This document shows positions 16,139 through 28,880 of a stretch of 64,000 nucleotides of DNA, piece after piece. The notes beneath the pieces are model-generated. The model searched no databases. It saw only the letters and a program-made list of their open reading frames with translations, and was not told the origin of the DNA. Position 1 is the stretch's first letter. Each line of letters begins with the position of its first letter. Position numbers and translations under genes: made by a program. The DNA is taken from positions 18,600,001-18,664,000 of the forward strand of contig OX597819.1 of NCBI GenBank assembly GCA_951406725.2, read 5' to 3'. This DNA is from Octopus vulgaris (Eukaryota).

Positions 16139-17329
16139 CTGTATGTATGTATACTGACATTATACTGAAGACAAAATCAATGGAGTGAACAGCAGCTTGA
16201 TATTACTCTCTTGTTCTGACATTATGGTGCATCTTGTTAACGACATGAATAGTAATTTAAGAAGTCTAGTGAGCGGTAATGAAATAACATTATGTGACTC
16301 ATTTCCATAGCTTTTATTTGTTCAGTACGGAATTTCCTTCATTGACCTCGTTTCATTAAGAATGTAGAGAGGTCTTTTGCTGAATGCCGTATGTTAAAAC
16401 CAATGAAATTGTGATACATACACAAGACATCAACACCGGGATACGCATACGCACTTATGCAAAGATATCGGTATCTCCCATTCTCGGTGATTCGAAGAGA
16501 GTTGTCACGCCTAATTTGTGACATTCAAGTTATCTTTAACACTCAACATTAAGCAGAGGACTTTCCCCGGAAGTTATCCCGCAGCAAATTTGGCCTTTAA
16601 ACAAAGCATGAACTTTATATATGCGACCAATAGTATTTTCATTGCTAGAGCAGATTCTAATTCGTAGCTTAATCTTTTGTCACATGTGCTACGCTATAGC
16701 AGCACCATTATATGCATATAACGCATAAAGAAACGATTTATTTCCTTTCGAGATCATCCGGGTTTGTGACATTGATAGGCTACAATATTGACCATTCACG
16801 GGGATTCCGAGACGAGCTGACTTACCTGATCTCTGACAATCAGATTTTCTTTACTGCTCAGCATTATGTAAGAAATTCTCCCTGTCACTACCGCAGCAAA
16901 TTTGGCGTGAAAACAAATTACACACACTGTGCATGTACGCCCAAATGAATGTGTCAGAGGCAGGCGATTGTAATCTTTGATGCTCGGAAGAAAACGTCGT
17001 GTTGTATTGTCTCAATACATGACAGTATATACGACTTCGATCAAGTATTGTGTGAACAGAGTACGAAACATTGTGTCCTATTGTTTAATACGAGTTCTGA
17101 AATTTGCTCGTTCCTCTGCAGCTATTGGTAGCACCATTCACATCAGTGTACCGCTAGGAATTCGACACCGTGTTGCTGTTGTTTGACCCAAGTCAGATAA
17201 ATTTGTGCTTCACAATTTATTCTTCTTTGCAGAACATTCGAATAACTGCCTTCCTATTGTTCACCTCACAATAGCTGTGGTGGAATTGAGCACTAATTCA
17301 TAGGACGCATCTGAATTTAAACCTGAGTT

Positions 17330-17456
17330 ATCATTCCACAGGAATTTCGAACCCAGGTTCGAAATTTCCCCAAGGGTATACCAGCCGAAACGTTGTGTTA
17401 ACAACAAACAAGATGAGGACAAATATCCGTCAAATGTAAATAATGTAAATAATGTA
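17330..17456 (+). repeat. Interspersed repeat ending ...CCGAAACGTTGTGTTAACAACAAACAAGATGAGGACAAATATCCGTCAAATGTAAATAATG; related copies at 53262-53310 (-) and 53670-53820 (+)
   Basis: The three loci share near-identical sequence. The GAAAC motif suggests a hammerhead or Penelope-like terminal remnant (inference). Confidence 0.7.
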
Positions 17457-17469
17457 GCATTTGCAATTG

Positions 17470-18100
17470 ATGAGTGCTGGCGTATTCACGTAAGCCTTCT
17501 CCATACCTTTGGAGGTCCCAAAATAATGGCTGTAAGAGTTTAGAACACCTGTCGTCTTAAATGATCCATGAAGAGAGAAAGTATGGTGATGAACTTGAGG
17601 TTTACCAATAACGCTGTTATGATGAACCATTTTGAAGTTTCTTCAAAGTAAAAACATGATACAGTACAGGGGAATGTTCTGCTGAGCTTTTTGATCCTGA
17701 ATCTGCCTCGCATGTCTATGTCAAATGATAAAGTGATAGCGAGATTTATGGATTCAAGATATACAAATGTCCACCCAACATAATAATAACTGGCCCATTT
17801 CGTGGGAGACTCCTTGATTTGATAATAAATGGGATTCCGCATGTACTAGATTACTTTCTATGTTAAACCAAAATCTTAAGAAGTTCTAAAAATGACACTC
17901 GGTGTTCTGATAAGACCAATCACCTGTAAAAAGTCAATGATGATCGATAATATAGATCTATATGAGAGTATCTATATGATAACTATTTGCACAAAATGTA
18001 TGAAAGCTAACATACTAACATTGAGTTGGGTTGATGTGAACTCGTATATTAAAACATATTCAGTTGTGCGTTGGGAGGGCCAGGGAAGGTAAGCAGATGC
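17470..18100 (+). pseudogene. Highly degenerate RTE-like LINE reverse-transcriptase relic
   Basis: Fragments in the expected order: SPYL (LSPxLF), MNLRFTNNAVMM (NLRFADDxxL), ILTLSWVD (ILxISWxD), VRWEGQ (LRWxGH). Many stops and frameshifts. Confidence 0.35.
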
Positions 18101-19223
18101 AGATCTGGATTGGGATTGAAATGTTATTGATGAGTTCGGCAATAGTGTTAAATGGACTTTAACAAAACTTTGTTGATTGATTCAGTGAATGATTAATGAC
18201 ATTCGATTAGTTAATTAGTTAAATGTTTAACTAATTGGGAAAATAAATATAAAGAGAAATAGAAAAAAATGTGTGGGCTTATAATGGACGTAATGACACT
18301 TTTGAGGTTCAACAGGCACGAACACATACACACGGATACGCACACGCGCGCACACACACACGCACACACACACACACACTTAGATGCATACGCACACACA
18401 GATACACACACAACACATACAACACACACATACTCACACACGCAAACACACACATAGAGTTACACGCGCACATACACACTTACATGCACACTCACACACA
18501 CACACATAAACACACGCGAAAATATATCCCCGGCGTTTGTGCAGATTACGATGACGCAATTTTAGGGAGAATGCTTGTCTGTGCGAAACCTTGCTGGCTC
18601 TATAAACTTGAACATCTAAACTGTAGGCAAAGCAGCTCAGATGCGTAGCCAGGAATGCTTCACTGTTTGTCGTTCTGCTGTTTTCAACCGGCAGGATGTT
18701 TACCCGTATTTGTTTTAATGTCGATAATTGCTTTATAATAAGAAAAATAAATATACTTGTAACAAGATGACCTAATTTAGTTAAGTTTAGTCTATTATGG
18801 TTGTATGAATATTATCAAATACAAACTCTACTATCGGAATTGATTCGAGTAAAGAAACAAGTGAAAAAAAACAATAGCAATATCGAATTGAGTGTATGAA
18901 ACAGATTGTTCAAAATTTGACTATGGCGTTTGTGACCTGAGCTGTTACGAAGTGGAGGTGATGTATCTACCTAGGTCGAAAGTAAATCAGTTTGTTGCCA
19001 GACGCATGCGCAGTACAATCTCAATCTAACTTCACTCGTTCCATCACTGTCTCTATATGTATAAACACACATATCATATAGACGCTTGTATGCATATATT
19101 TGAAAGGATGTTGGTATGTTTATGTACATCTATATATGTATATATATATGCCTATGTGTTTGTATTCATGCATATATGTAGATATGAATCTCTGTAAATA
19201 TGTACATATGTATGTATATATGC

Positions 19224-19314
<91 letters not shown>

Positions 19315-19355
19315 TGTATATATTTTATATGTATATATATATATGTATATATATA

Positions 19356-19388
<33 letters not shown>

Positions 19389-19615
19389 GTCTGTGTGTGT
19401 GTGTGTATATACATATATGCGAGTGCGTGTGTGTGTGTTTGTGTACGCAATTTCAAATATGTATATATGTATTCATGTTTTCTTTAGAGCAAGATTAAAT
19501 GTGTTTTCATTTCCCGGATTAATTATTGTTTTCGTATTTCTTGTTTTTCCATTTTGTTCTTGTTCGCGGAAAATCGTTTTGAGTTGAAATTATACATACA
19601 TATACAAATACATAT

Positions 19616-19683
<68 letters not shown>

Positions 19684-19846
19684 ATGTGTGCGTTTGTGTA
19701 TGTGTCTATTCGTGGATGTATGTGTGGAAGTTTGTGTCTCTGCTTATTATGTATGGTTACGTTTGTATATGTGTGACTGTGTGCCCCTGTTTGTATGTGT
19801 AAATGTTTGTGTTTCTGCGTATTTCTATATATGTGCGTATGCATGG

Positions 19847-19911
<65 letters not shown>

Positions 19912-20534
19912 GTGTGTGAATGAGTTTGTATGTACGCGTGCGTACGCACATAGTTTTTGTTATATTTTTTAACTACTCAGACTTTATCGTTTTCAATTAT
20001 TTCTTCGCCAACGTGTCAAGAATATTACTTTAGGTTATCCATTCTGAATGAAATCGATAAAAACGATAGCCTGATTGAAACACTAACCATCAATTACAAG
20101 AACCTAACTTTAACTATCTTAAAATAACTTCTATCTTTAACTCTCATCCTGTTTATTGGTGATGTTCACGACAGTTCTCTCTTTGCTTGTAATAAACTCA
20201 TTTTTCTTCTCTCAGACTATCATTTAATGTTATAAAGAAAATAAACGAGAATTAATGATTTTAAATAAGCACATGTTTTAAGATAGCCGCAGATCATGAA
20301 TAGAGCAGAAATAACGGAGATACTGAAGATTCAGTGATTCGTTTTCTCTGTTTGTTGTTAAAGTTATTGTTGTAATTTATTTTGCTGCAATGAAGATAGC
20401 ATTGTGCCTCCTTCAAATCCTGCCGACGTTGACTTTACCTTTGATAATTATAGGATCGATAAAATAAATTACCAAGCAAATACTGGGGGTCGATGAAATC
20501 CTCTACAGCTTTTCTAATAATTCTTTTTAATTGC

Positions 20535-20715
20535 TGGTACAAGGCCAGCAATTTTGATGGGCAGATCGTTGATTACATTCACCCCACTGTTCAACTAGTA
20601 CTTATTTTAACAACCAAGAAATAATCAAAATTATTTAGGTCGGCCCCGTCGGTATTTGAACTCAGTACATAAAAAGTCGGAAGGAAAGCCTTACAACACA
20701 ATTCGTTCGGCAGGC
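20535..20715 (-). mobile_element. Degenerate SINE family A, with an adjacent plus-strand fragment at 20410-20500
   Basis: GGTACAAGGCCAGCAATTTT...TACTTATTTT...ATTTGAACTCAG motifs. Confidence 0.6.
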
Positions 20716-20733
20716 TCTCTCTATATATATATG

Positions 20734-20803
<70 letters not shown>

Positions 20804-20867
20804 AAGAAGCACCTAAACCTAGGTATTCGAGAACTGTTTTTTTACACATTGTTTTACATCTATGTGC

Positions 20868-20912
<45 letters not shown>

Positions 20913-21127
20913 CTGTGTGTTTGCCTGTGTGTGTCTGTGTATGTGTGTGCGCGTGTGCGTGTAATTAAATATGTCACTACGGAACAAGGAGTCACGTAAT
21001 GAACTTCATGAGTTTATAGTTGTTTCTCTTAAGAGAGACACAGACAACATATAAGGTGATACGCAAGGACTCGACTCTGGTCGACAAAGTCGAAACGAAA
21101 TATGTGTGTGTGTATACATATATATTG

Positions 21128-21445
21128 AGACCCACTTCGGTCAAGAATGACCAAGAATGCACCAACAAAGTTACCCTCCGAGGCACAAGTCCGGGTAAGG
21201 TTGTTTATGGAAGACCAGCAGTCGCCCATGCATGCCGGCCTCCCTTCTCCACGCCACCGATGTCATCCAAGGGAAACGCAAAGGCTGATACAGCTTGGCA
21301 CCAGTGACGTCGCAACTCATTTCTACAGCTGAGTGAACTGGAGCAACGTGAAATAAAGTGTCTTGCTCAAGAACACAACACACAACCCGGTCCGGGAATC
21401 GAACTCACAGCCTCACGATCGTAAGCTCGACACTCAAACACCTGA
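21128..21445 (-). mobile_element. tRNA-derived SINE family C
   Basis: Closely similar to 50572-50913 over about 310 bp; tRNA-like head with GAGTTCGATTCC B box on the minus strand. Confidence 0.88.
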
Positions 21446-23164
21446 TTCATATATATATATATATATATATTATTCTTTTGTCTTGCTTTAATGTCTCGTC
21501 AGCTTCATAGCTAATGTCATCAAGATGAGGTGGTGACCGAAATATGTATGTAAAGTAGCTCATTTACTGTTGTCCTTTATAAGTATGGAATAATTGACGG
21601 ATCAGTAACGTTTTATTGTTCTTTGCAGATTATATCAACTTTGCATTTGAGTTCAAATTCTGCCGAAGTCGAATTAGCTTTCATCCTATCGGGTGGATAA
21701 ATTAAATTCCAAATTAGTACTGGGATCATCAATAGTGACGGGCTGGTAAGTACACCTAACAAAACCATATTCAATTACACATATTAATCATTAAATTTAG
21801 TATTAAGTCCCCCTTACTAATAAGATATAATCTCTATTATCCGGATATATAAATAATATAAATTACAGTAGTCCATTAAACCTTCTTTATCAGCGAAATT
21901 ATAACTTGACAAAATAACCAAAAAGTTTATAAGTCCTTTCACCTATAAAATATAAACTACCGACAGCAATATATAAACTGTCCGTTCGCCAAATAAATTT
22001 CAAGCCGTGGACCCTTATTAGAAAATATTATTCAATGTAGCATCTCGTACAACTGTGCGTTGTGAGTTTTGATTATCTCCAGGTTCACAAATGACTATTT
22101 CGTATAAAGCCTTTTCTTTTTGTTGTTTTTAAATTCAAACAGATACATGTAATGTTTATTTCTATAACGTGCAATATATACATATAACGCATATAATTCT
22201 AAGGGGCTGGATATATACATATAAACGGGCTTTTTATACAAAGTAATAGATACATATAGTCATGATAAATCGTGACAATAGATACTAACTTTGGTGTCTA
22301 TCTCACTAATGGAAATTATTCTCCAGCATCGGATGATGTGAAAATAACAGCAGAATTCCGCCCATTGTACGCAGTGCCATCTTTCAGAGTAAAAAATTCG
22401 ATTAAAATCTGCACAAAAACTGAACGATATCGCAACATAATTATTTGGCAGCTGTCTAAGCTCTGACTTCTTACGACTACTTGCTATTTTCTTTTAAATA
22501 GTCCAGGTGTGTTCGAGCCATTCAGTCCAGGGACACGATCTTGAAACGGAGGCCTTTGAAAATTTATATGGATAATGAATTTCATTCATCGCATAAAAAA
22601 GGGGCCCGGTTATATATGATCCCTGAGAATCCCATTGTTAGTGCTCGCACTTCTGGGGATAAATATAAACATCCGACATATTGATCTTGATTGCTGATAT
22701 CTAATCAAACTTAATCGATATGCAGCAACATTCGCTATACTACTGCTCTGCGCTTCTTCTATACCAATTTGAAAGGTACTATGTGGATCAATTACTCATT
22801 ACGAGGGTCATTTTCTACAGCTCATGGGCCGCTAACCAGTCCGTTAAGCGATATTTCTTCGTCACATCAATACTCAAAAATACTTCAACCAAAATGCCTT
22901 CATTTATAACCTCTGTAATTTCGTCCTTCTTTATAATCCACAAAATAAATATCAATTGCATTGTTTCTATAAGTCTGGGAGATTATATTTTAGACTTAAT
23001 TTTCTTTGTACACTTTTTCAGAGTCAATATTGAGATAACGGCAAAAATATGACATCAAACTTTTAGAAGAAAATATAGTTTATTGCATTTGATAGACGTC
23101 GAGATTTTAAGATATAAAGTAGAGTGTGATATTGTAAAGATTTGTATGTAAATAATTTCAGATA

Positions 23165-23544
23165 TCTCTATATATATAAAGCTGTAATTGTCTGCGTATG
23201 GCCGGTTTAGTAGCCTTCAACCAACACTATCTCCTCCGAGACCCTGCGGCGCAATTTGACCAAAATTGAGAGTATGATAGAAGGCTTGCTCTTCCTTCCG
23301 TAAAAGAAAAAAATTCAAATCGGACTACGTTAACACCTAAAATTATTAACATCAAAAAGGTGCTTTTTTTCTATGAAAATCCCTATTTTTTACGATTTTT
23401 TGACTGCTGTGTCGACATTTTTCGGTCTATTTCAACCAGAAAAATGTTCACTTAAAGAGAACATAATGCAAAATTTTTACTTTTCAAAAATTTCAATTCT
23501 AAAGAGTCGAAACAAACCCGAGCAATGCCGCGCGATACTGCTAG
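23165..23544 (+). mobile_element. Non-autonomous Helitron
   Basis: 5' A|TCTCTATATATATAAAG, imperfect GC-rich subterminal hairpin CCCGAGCAATGCCGCGCG, 3' end CTAG|T. Inserted between A and T with no TSD. Confidence 0.8.
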
Positions 23545-24510
23545 TTTAGAATATATTTGACTCTCTGAAGCTTCTGCTATAACTGTGAGCGAGAAGTGAA
23601 CTGTGTATCGTTCAGATGCTGCACAAAAGACGTCTTCCTTTCTTTTGTTTTCTAGCTTTCAGAAGACTACAATAGAAAGTTCTAGAATATCTGGTGTAGA
23701 TGTTGTTTTATAATTACGTATTCGGTTCCCAAACACACATCACAAAAAGCCATTATATTTGATGGTTTTATGAGAAGCAGAGAAAACATTTATTGTCGTG
23801 ACATGAGGAAATAAAAACAAAAACAAGAATTTGCTAAATTTGTAATACATTCATGACATTAATTGTATATAAAATTAGAACTAAAACTATTTAAAATAGA
23901 AAAGAAATTTTCTAATTATTATTAGCATTATAAAAAGACGACTAAAGTTGTTGCTTTCTTACTATTTTAAAAATATGATCATCACATTTTTATTTCATTT
24001 ATTTCCTTATTTTTGCAAAAGAAGTAGTACAGGCCCCAAGGCGTTTCTTATAGTTTCTTATACTTAAATATTGCGACAAAGTGAGCACAAATTTAAAAAA
24101 AAAAGAGAAAAACCAGAGGCGAGTAGTTTTATTACATCGGGCAAAGTTTTTTGTCACTACGAAAGTATTCTATAAATATAAATCCACTAAATTTCGTTAA
24201 AATGTCATTTGTCTACCGAAGGCTGTTTTGGATTAAATATTGATCCATGAAATTTCAAAGCGAACCATTTCGAACGCTTTCAATATATTGCGATGGTTGC
24301 GCTTCAGATTCCTTTAAGGACAATTGCTACAGTTTTACTATATGGTGCTAGAGTGAGCCATATAGTGACCACTCTCTTATATTTATTTTGTAAAAATATT
24401 ATAATATATTATAAAATATTATAATAATCCAGGTTTCTCGGAGCACTAGGCCACTTGGTGTAGAATAGATATACTATTAAATTAGTATCTAATTCTCTCA
24501 CCCTTATTAA

Positions 24511-24560
<50 letters not shown>

Positions 24561-24564
<4 letters not shown>

Positions 24565-24786
24565 CTTTACTACCCACAAGGGGCTAGACACAGAGAGGTC
24601 AAACAAGGACAGACAAACGGATTAAGTCGAATACATCAACCCCAGTGCGTAACTGGTACTTAATTTATCGACCCCCAAAGGATGAATGGCAAAGTCGACC
24701 TCGGCGGAATTTGAACTCAGTACGTAGCGACGGGCGAAATACCTCGAAGCATTTTGTCCAGTGTGCTAACGTTTCTGCCAGCTCGC
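24561..24786 (-). mobile_element. Near full-length SINE family A monomer
   Basis: Matches the units at 3675-4416 and 47553-47970, including the head CTAACGTTTCTGCCAGCTCGC. Confidence 0.9.
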
Positions 24787-25005
24787 AGAATGTATGTATA
24801 TATGTATGTATATATATAGTGAGTGAGAAAACAGTATGGACGGATTTTTGGAGTCCAATAATACACTGTACACCTACTTGATTATAAAGATTTACAAACA
24901 TACTTTCTCAGTGATACTCAGTTTTCCTACCATTATAAATAATACCAAATGTTCTTTCTCAGACCTTTCATAATGTGATACAAGTCTTTGGTGTAGCAAT
25001 TGCAT

Positions 25006-25097
25006 GCGGCTGAAGAGGGCTTTAAACTATCTGTTATGTCGATTATACATTGATGTAAGAATAAGTTGTTTTATAAAGCTCGAAACATGTGTACCAC
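25006..25097 (+). ncRNA. Type-I hammerhead ribozyme motif
   Basis: GCGG-CTGAAGA-GGGCTTTA...TAAAGCTC-GAAAC-ATGT-GTA-CCAC. Intact CUGANGA and GAAA core, 8-bp stem II, minimal stem III, GUA triplet, stem I with one mismatch. Confidence 0.7.
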
Positions 25098-25179
25098 GAC
25101 ATCCTTTGTGTTCTGTTCTCGCACCTCTGCAACTAGCTGGCATATACAGGTGCTTACATTTATCAAGTAGTCACCCTGA

Positions 25180-25237
<58 letters not shown>

Positions 25238-25347
25238 GACGATATATATTTTGTTCTGGAACGAAGTTTATATCATTCGTTCAAAAAGATATTCCCCTTA
25301 TATATTTTTATATCAATGCAAATAACCGTAAACACACACACACACAT

Positions 25348-25381
<34 letters not shown>

Positions 25382-25816
25382 GTTTATGGGGTATACATCA
25401 TAAAACGAGGGCAAAAGAGATACAGGGTAGGGGTTATCAGAGACAAACGTACTTATATACAGCGATTCTAGAAACACTAACTATGTATTGAATCTCAATA
25501 TCCTTCTATTGTTTATATTACACATATGAAACACGAGTTTAATCAGTAAATAGTCATTAGATATATCGAAAATATATTTCCGTACTGTAATTGGGAATAG
25601 CTTTTAAAAGATCTCTGTAAGACAGTAATGATAGTACATAGCATATGCTGAAGTGTCGTTGAAGCTGTCGCTGATAGAAGGGATACGTTGGGATGTCTCT
25701 AGAAATATACCTGCGCTCATATTTTAATATGAATACAGTGATTATTATTGGCATAATGACCTATCCAGACACAATATATATATCTATATCTATATCTATA
25801 TCTATATCTATATATA

Positions 25817-25905
<89 letters not shown>

Positions 25906-25911
25906 TGGATG

Positions 25912-25961
<50 letters not shown>

Positions 25962-25963
<2 letters not shown>

Positions 25964-26330
25964 CGAGGTGTAGTCAAGAAGTTTACGACCTGAATGTTTT
26001 TGCACAAAATATAATTGTGTGAGCCAAATCCACATGGGTATTAGGTGGCCGCTTTCATCCGGAGCATACGCAAAGATGTTCGTGTCTATAGGTTGCGCCA
26101 TTCGTCAGCGGTGACCTGTTGAGTACAGACGTGAAGTGTGTGCTGTGCGACTTTTTCGTTTTGAGTGGTTATATTGTGCAAAGACATTGTATAATATTCT
26201 GTCCAAAACTTGTCGATACTCAAGCCCAGACTATCGAGAAGTTTCTGAAGGCCTTTGGAGATGATGCTGTGGTGGAAAAAACCCCAAATATATGAGCAGC
26301 ACAACCGGTTCAATGATGGCAGGACCTAAA
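25962..26330 (+). mobile_element. Truncated mariner-like transposon (5' end plus degenerate transposase HTH region)
   Basis: Starts TACGAGGTGTAGTCAAGAAGT. Translation QRHCIIFCPKLVDTQAQTIEKFLKAFGDDAV...HNRFNDGRT resembles mariner QRxxIKFC...AFGDDA...WFxRFKxGR. Confidence 0.75.
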
Positions 26331-26399
26331 GTAAAACAATTCCTGAAATTGGAAAGTCTAATGAGTCGACTAACAAATATCTCAAATCACTTCAAATCA

Positions 26400-28260
26400 G
26401 CGTCTACACGGTAGTGATGGATCCCGTCTCAAACGAGCTCAAACTCTCCCATGAAAGTGAATGGCCAGAAAGAGATTCCAGGACTGAAAATCGTGTTATG
26501 ACAATACCTAAAATTTTATTAATTTTCAAATGTCTACTTCAGAATGGTAGATGGTAAAGCCACTATATGAAGAAAATGGCTCACTGTCTGGGAGCCTCCA
26601 ATGACTAAGTGAAATCCTGAATATACAATACAAAGGCCTTTCCACATCTCCTTTGAGACAGTTGTAAATAAATGTGCCAAACGAGCTCTCGAAGTGATGG
26701 TAGTTATTGGTTACATCGAGATAGAGGAAGCTGATGTAATATCAACCGCTGACGGAATGGGTTTGAGCCCAGTCACCGGCCTCGATAGATTCACAGCAAT
26801 TCTACGAAAAATTCAAAATGTTCTCAGCAAGACCACTGCAGATCTTCATCTAAAGATTCCTAGCAAACAGTAGAATTCCCAATAAGTTAAAAGTATGTAA
26901 AATATGTCTTATTTATACAGAAGGAATCAGGGTAGATGCTAAAAATTCTAAGCTTGTCTCTCTCTCTCTCTGTCAGCAACATTCATGGAAGGAATTGTCG
27001 AAAGGAATCTCATCCTCTTTCTAGAAGATAATAACTTGCTCTCTGCCGCCCAGAATGTTTTTCGCTTAGCAAGGAGCTGCTTTACTCAGCTTCTGCCGTA
27101 TTATATTTTGGTGTTAAAATGAGTCATTCGAACGTATATGTGATGTATCTCGAATGTGTATCTCTTTCATCCTGGGAGGACATGTCACATCTGCGAGGAC
27201 TCGGCATAGTTGGAAAACAGGGAGAATTGTGACATGGCATCTTAAAAGACAGAAGCCATAGTATTATAGAAATCCACGGAATCCTCTTAAGGTAGATATT
27301 AATATTGAGTGAATTGCTTGATGGAACGCTCTTGGAACCGCTGCTGTCTGTGGCGGCCGTCTCAGATATGCTGTCAGTTACGCAAACAGCTGCACTTGCT
27401 AACTCTGTGAACGTCTCACTAGTAACAAAAGCAGTGAAGAATCCTCTCGATGCTAATCTTCTACACAATGATTTAGATAGCATATATAAAAGAGTTGAAG
27501 AAAGCAAAAGGCAGTTATACGCAGAAAAATTCCAATCCCTCCGCCATCAACAAGCCTGTGAACCTAATTCAAATACAATGCGTAACCTGGGACTGATATG
27601 AGCAACGATGCATCGTTTCATATACATATCATTAAGGTAGTGGCAATGTGCAGGCGAATGTCCGGGTGGATTGTGAAAACTTTCAGGAGAAGGATCCCGG
27701 AGACTATGCTGGTAATCTGAGGATTGTTTTTACTCATTCATAGGAACTAATACTCACAACTAAGTTCATATTATAGTGTCAATTTAATATCGGAAATTGT
27801 GGGATCCCAGCGAAGGTACGTCGAGAAGTTTGCATCAATGAAACATGGTGGCGACTGAAAAAGATTTACTGAATGACAGCAGTACACCCGGGAGCGAAGA
27901 AGGGGGAGAAATGTTGTGATATACATGGAATATCATAGAAGGGCTGACACCAGACATTCGCATCGTGAGCTATATCAGAATAGAAGGCAAGTGCACTTTT
28001 CTAAAGGTGCCACGCACGCTATCTAGGTACAGCAATTGGACTGGATACTGCATTAGCGTGGGTTTCAAAGGCCAAAAACGGCATAACAGCTCTACATGGA
28101 ATCATAGAGATGTACATGGAAATGGTAGATATTAAAAAAAAATCTGACTTAAATATATGCTCCCCATGATCTCAGATGAACCTACAATACGGCAAGACAC
28201 TCAAACAAGGGGGGCAATATTAATTTCCTTGAGAGACCAAAACTCTCCACATAGGAATGC
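26400..28260 (+). pseudogene. Degenerate CR1-type LINE ORF2 (RT and C-terminal region)
   Basis: FLEDNNLLSAAQNVFRLARSCFTQLL (QHGFRxxRSCLTQLL), DGTLLEPLL (QGTVLGPLL), LHNDLDSIY..YAEKFQ, MRNLGL (RDLG), IIEGLTPDI, ISDEPT (IPDEP), all in order with stops and frameshifts. Confidence 0.85.
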
Positions 28261-28492
28261 CTATTTACAAGGGCATAGTACTCGCATTCCTCCAGCATGG
28301 TCACAGCTTTTACGCTAAAATACATAAAGGAATATCTACACATATATGTATCTATATATCTGTATGTATGCATGTATGTATGTATGTATGTATGTATGTA
28401 TGTATGTATGTATGTATGTATGTATGTATGTATGTATATATGTATGTATGCATATATATATACATATAATATATACACATATATATATATAT

Positions 28493-28604
28493 ATTGGTCT
28501 CCTCGCTTAGCCAGTGGGGTGGCGTCATTTGAGGGCTAAAGCAATGCGACGTGCATTGTGACCAGCGATGTGTAGCAACATCTGATAGTCTGGTCGATCA
28601 TGTG

Positions 28605-28605
<1 letters not shown>
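28493..28605. repeat. Inverted copy of the 5716-5841 repeat within (TA)n
   Basis: Reverse-complement similarity to 5716-5841. Confidence 0.85.
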
Positions 28606-28642
<37 letters not shown>

Positions 28643-28669
28643 ATGTGTGTATATGTATACGTGTATATA

Positions 28670-28880
28670 TGTGTGTGTTTGTGTCTGTTCTTGCCAACCC
28701 AGCATCGCTTGACAACCACTGATGGCATGTTTATGCCCCCGTAAATTAGCGATTCGGCCTTATAGTCCAATAGAATAAACTTACAAAGTATAAGTTCAAG
28801 GGTTGAATTCTTCGACTAAAAGGTGGTGTTCCAGCATGGCCATAGTAACATGACTGAAACAAGTAAAAGAATAAAAGAAT
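28670..28880 (+). mobile_element. SINE family B, 3' half
   Basis: CATCGCTTGACAACC...CCAGCATGGCC...ATGACTGAAACAAGTAAAAGAATAAAAG. Confidence 0.8.
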
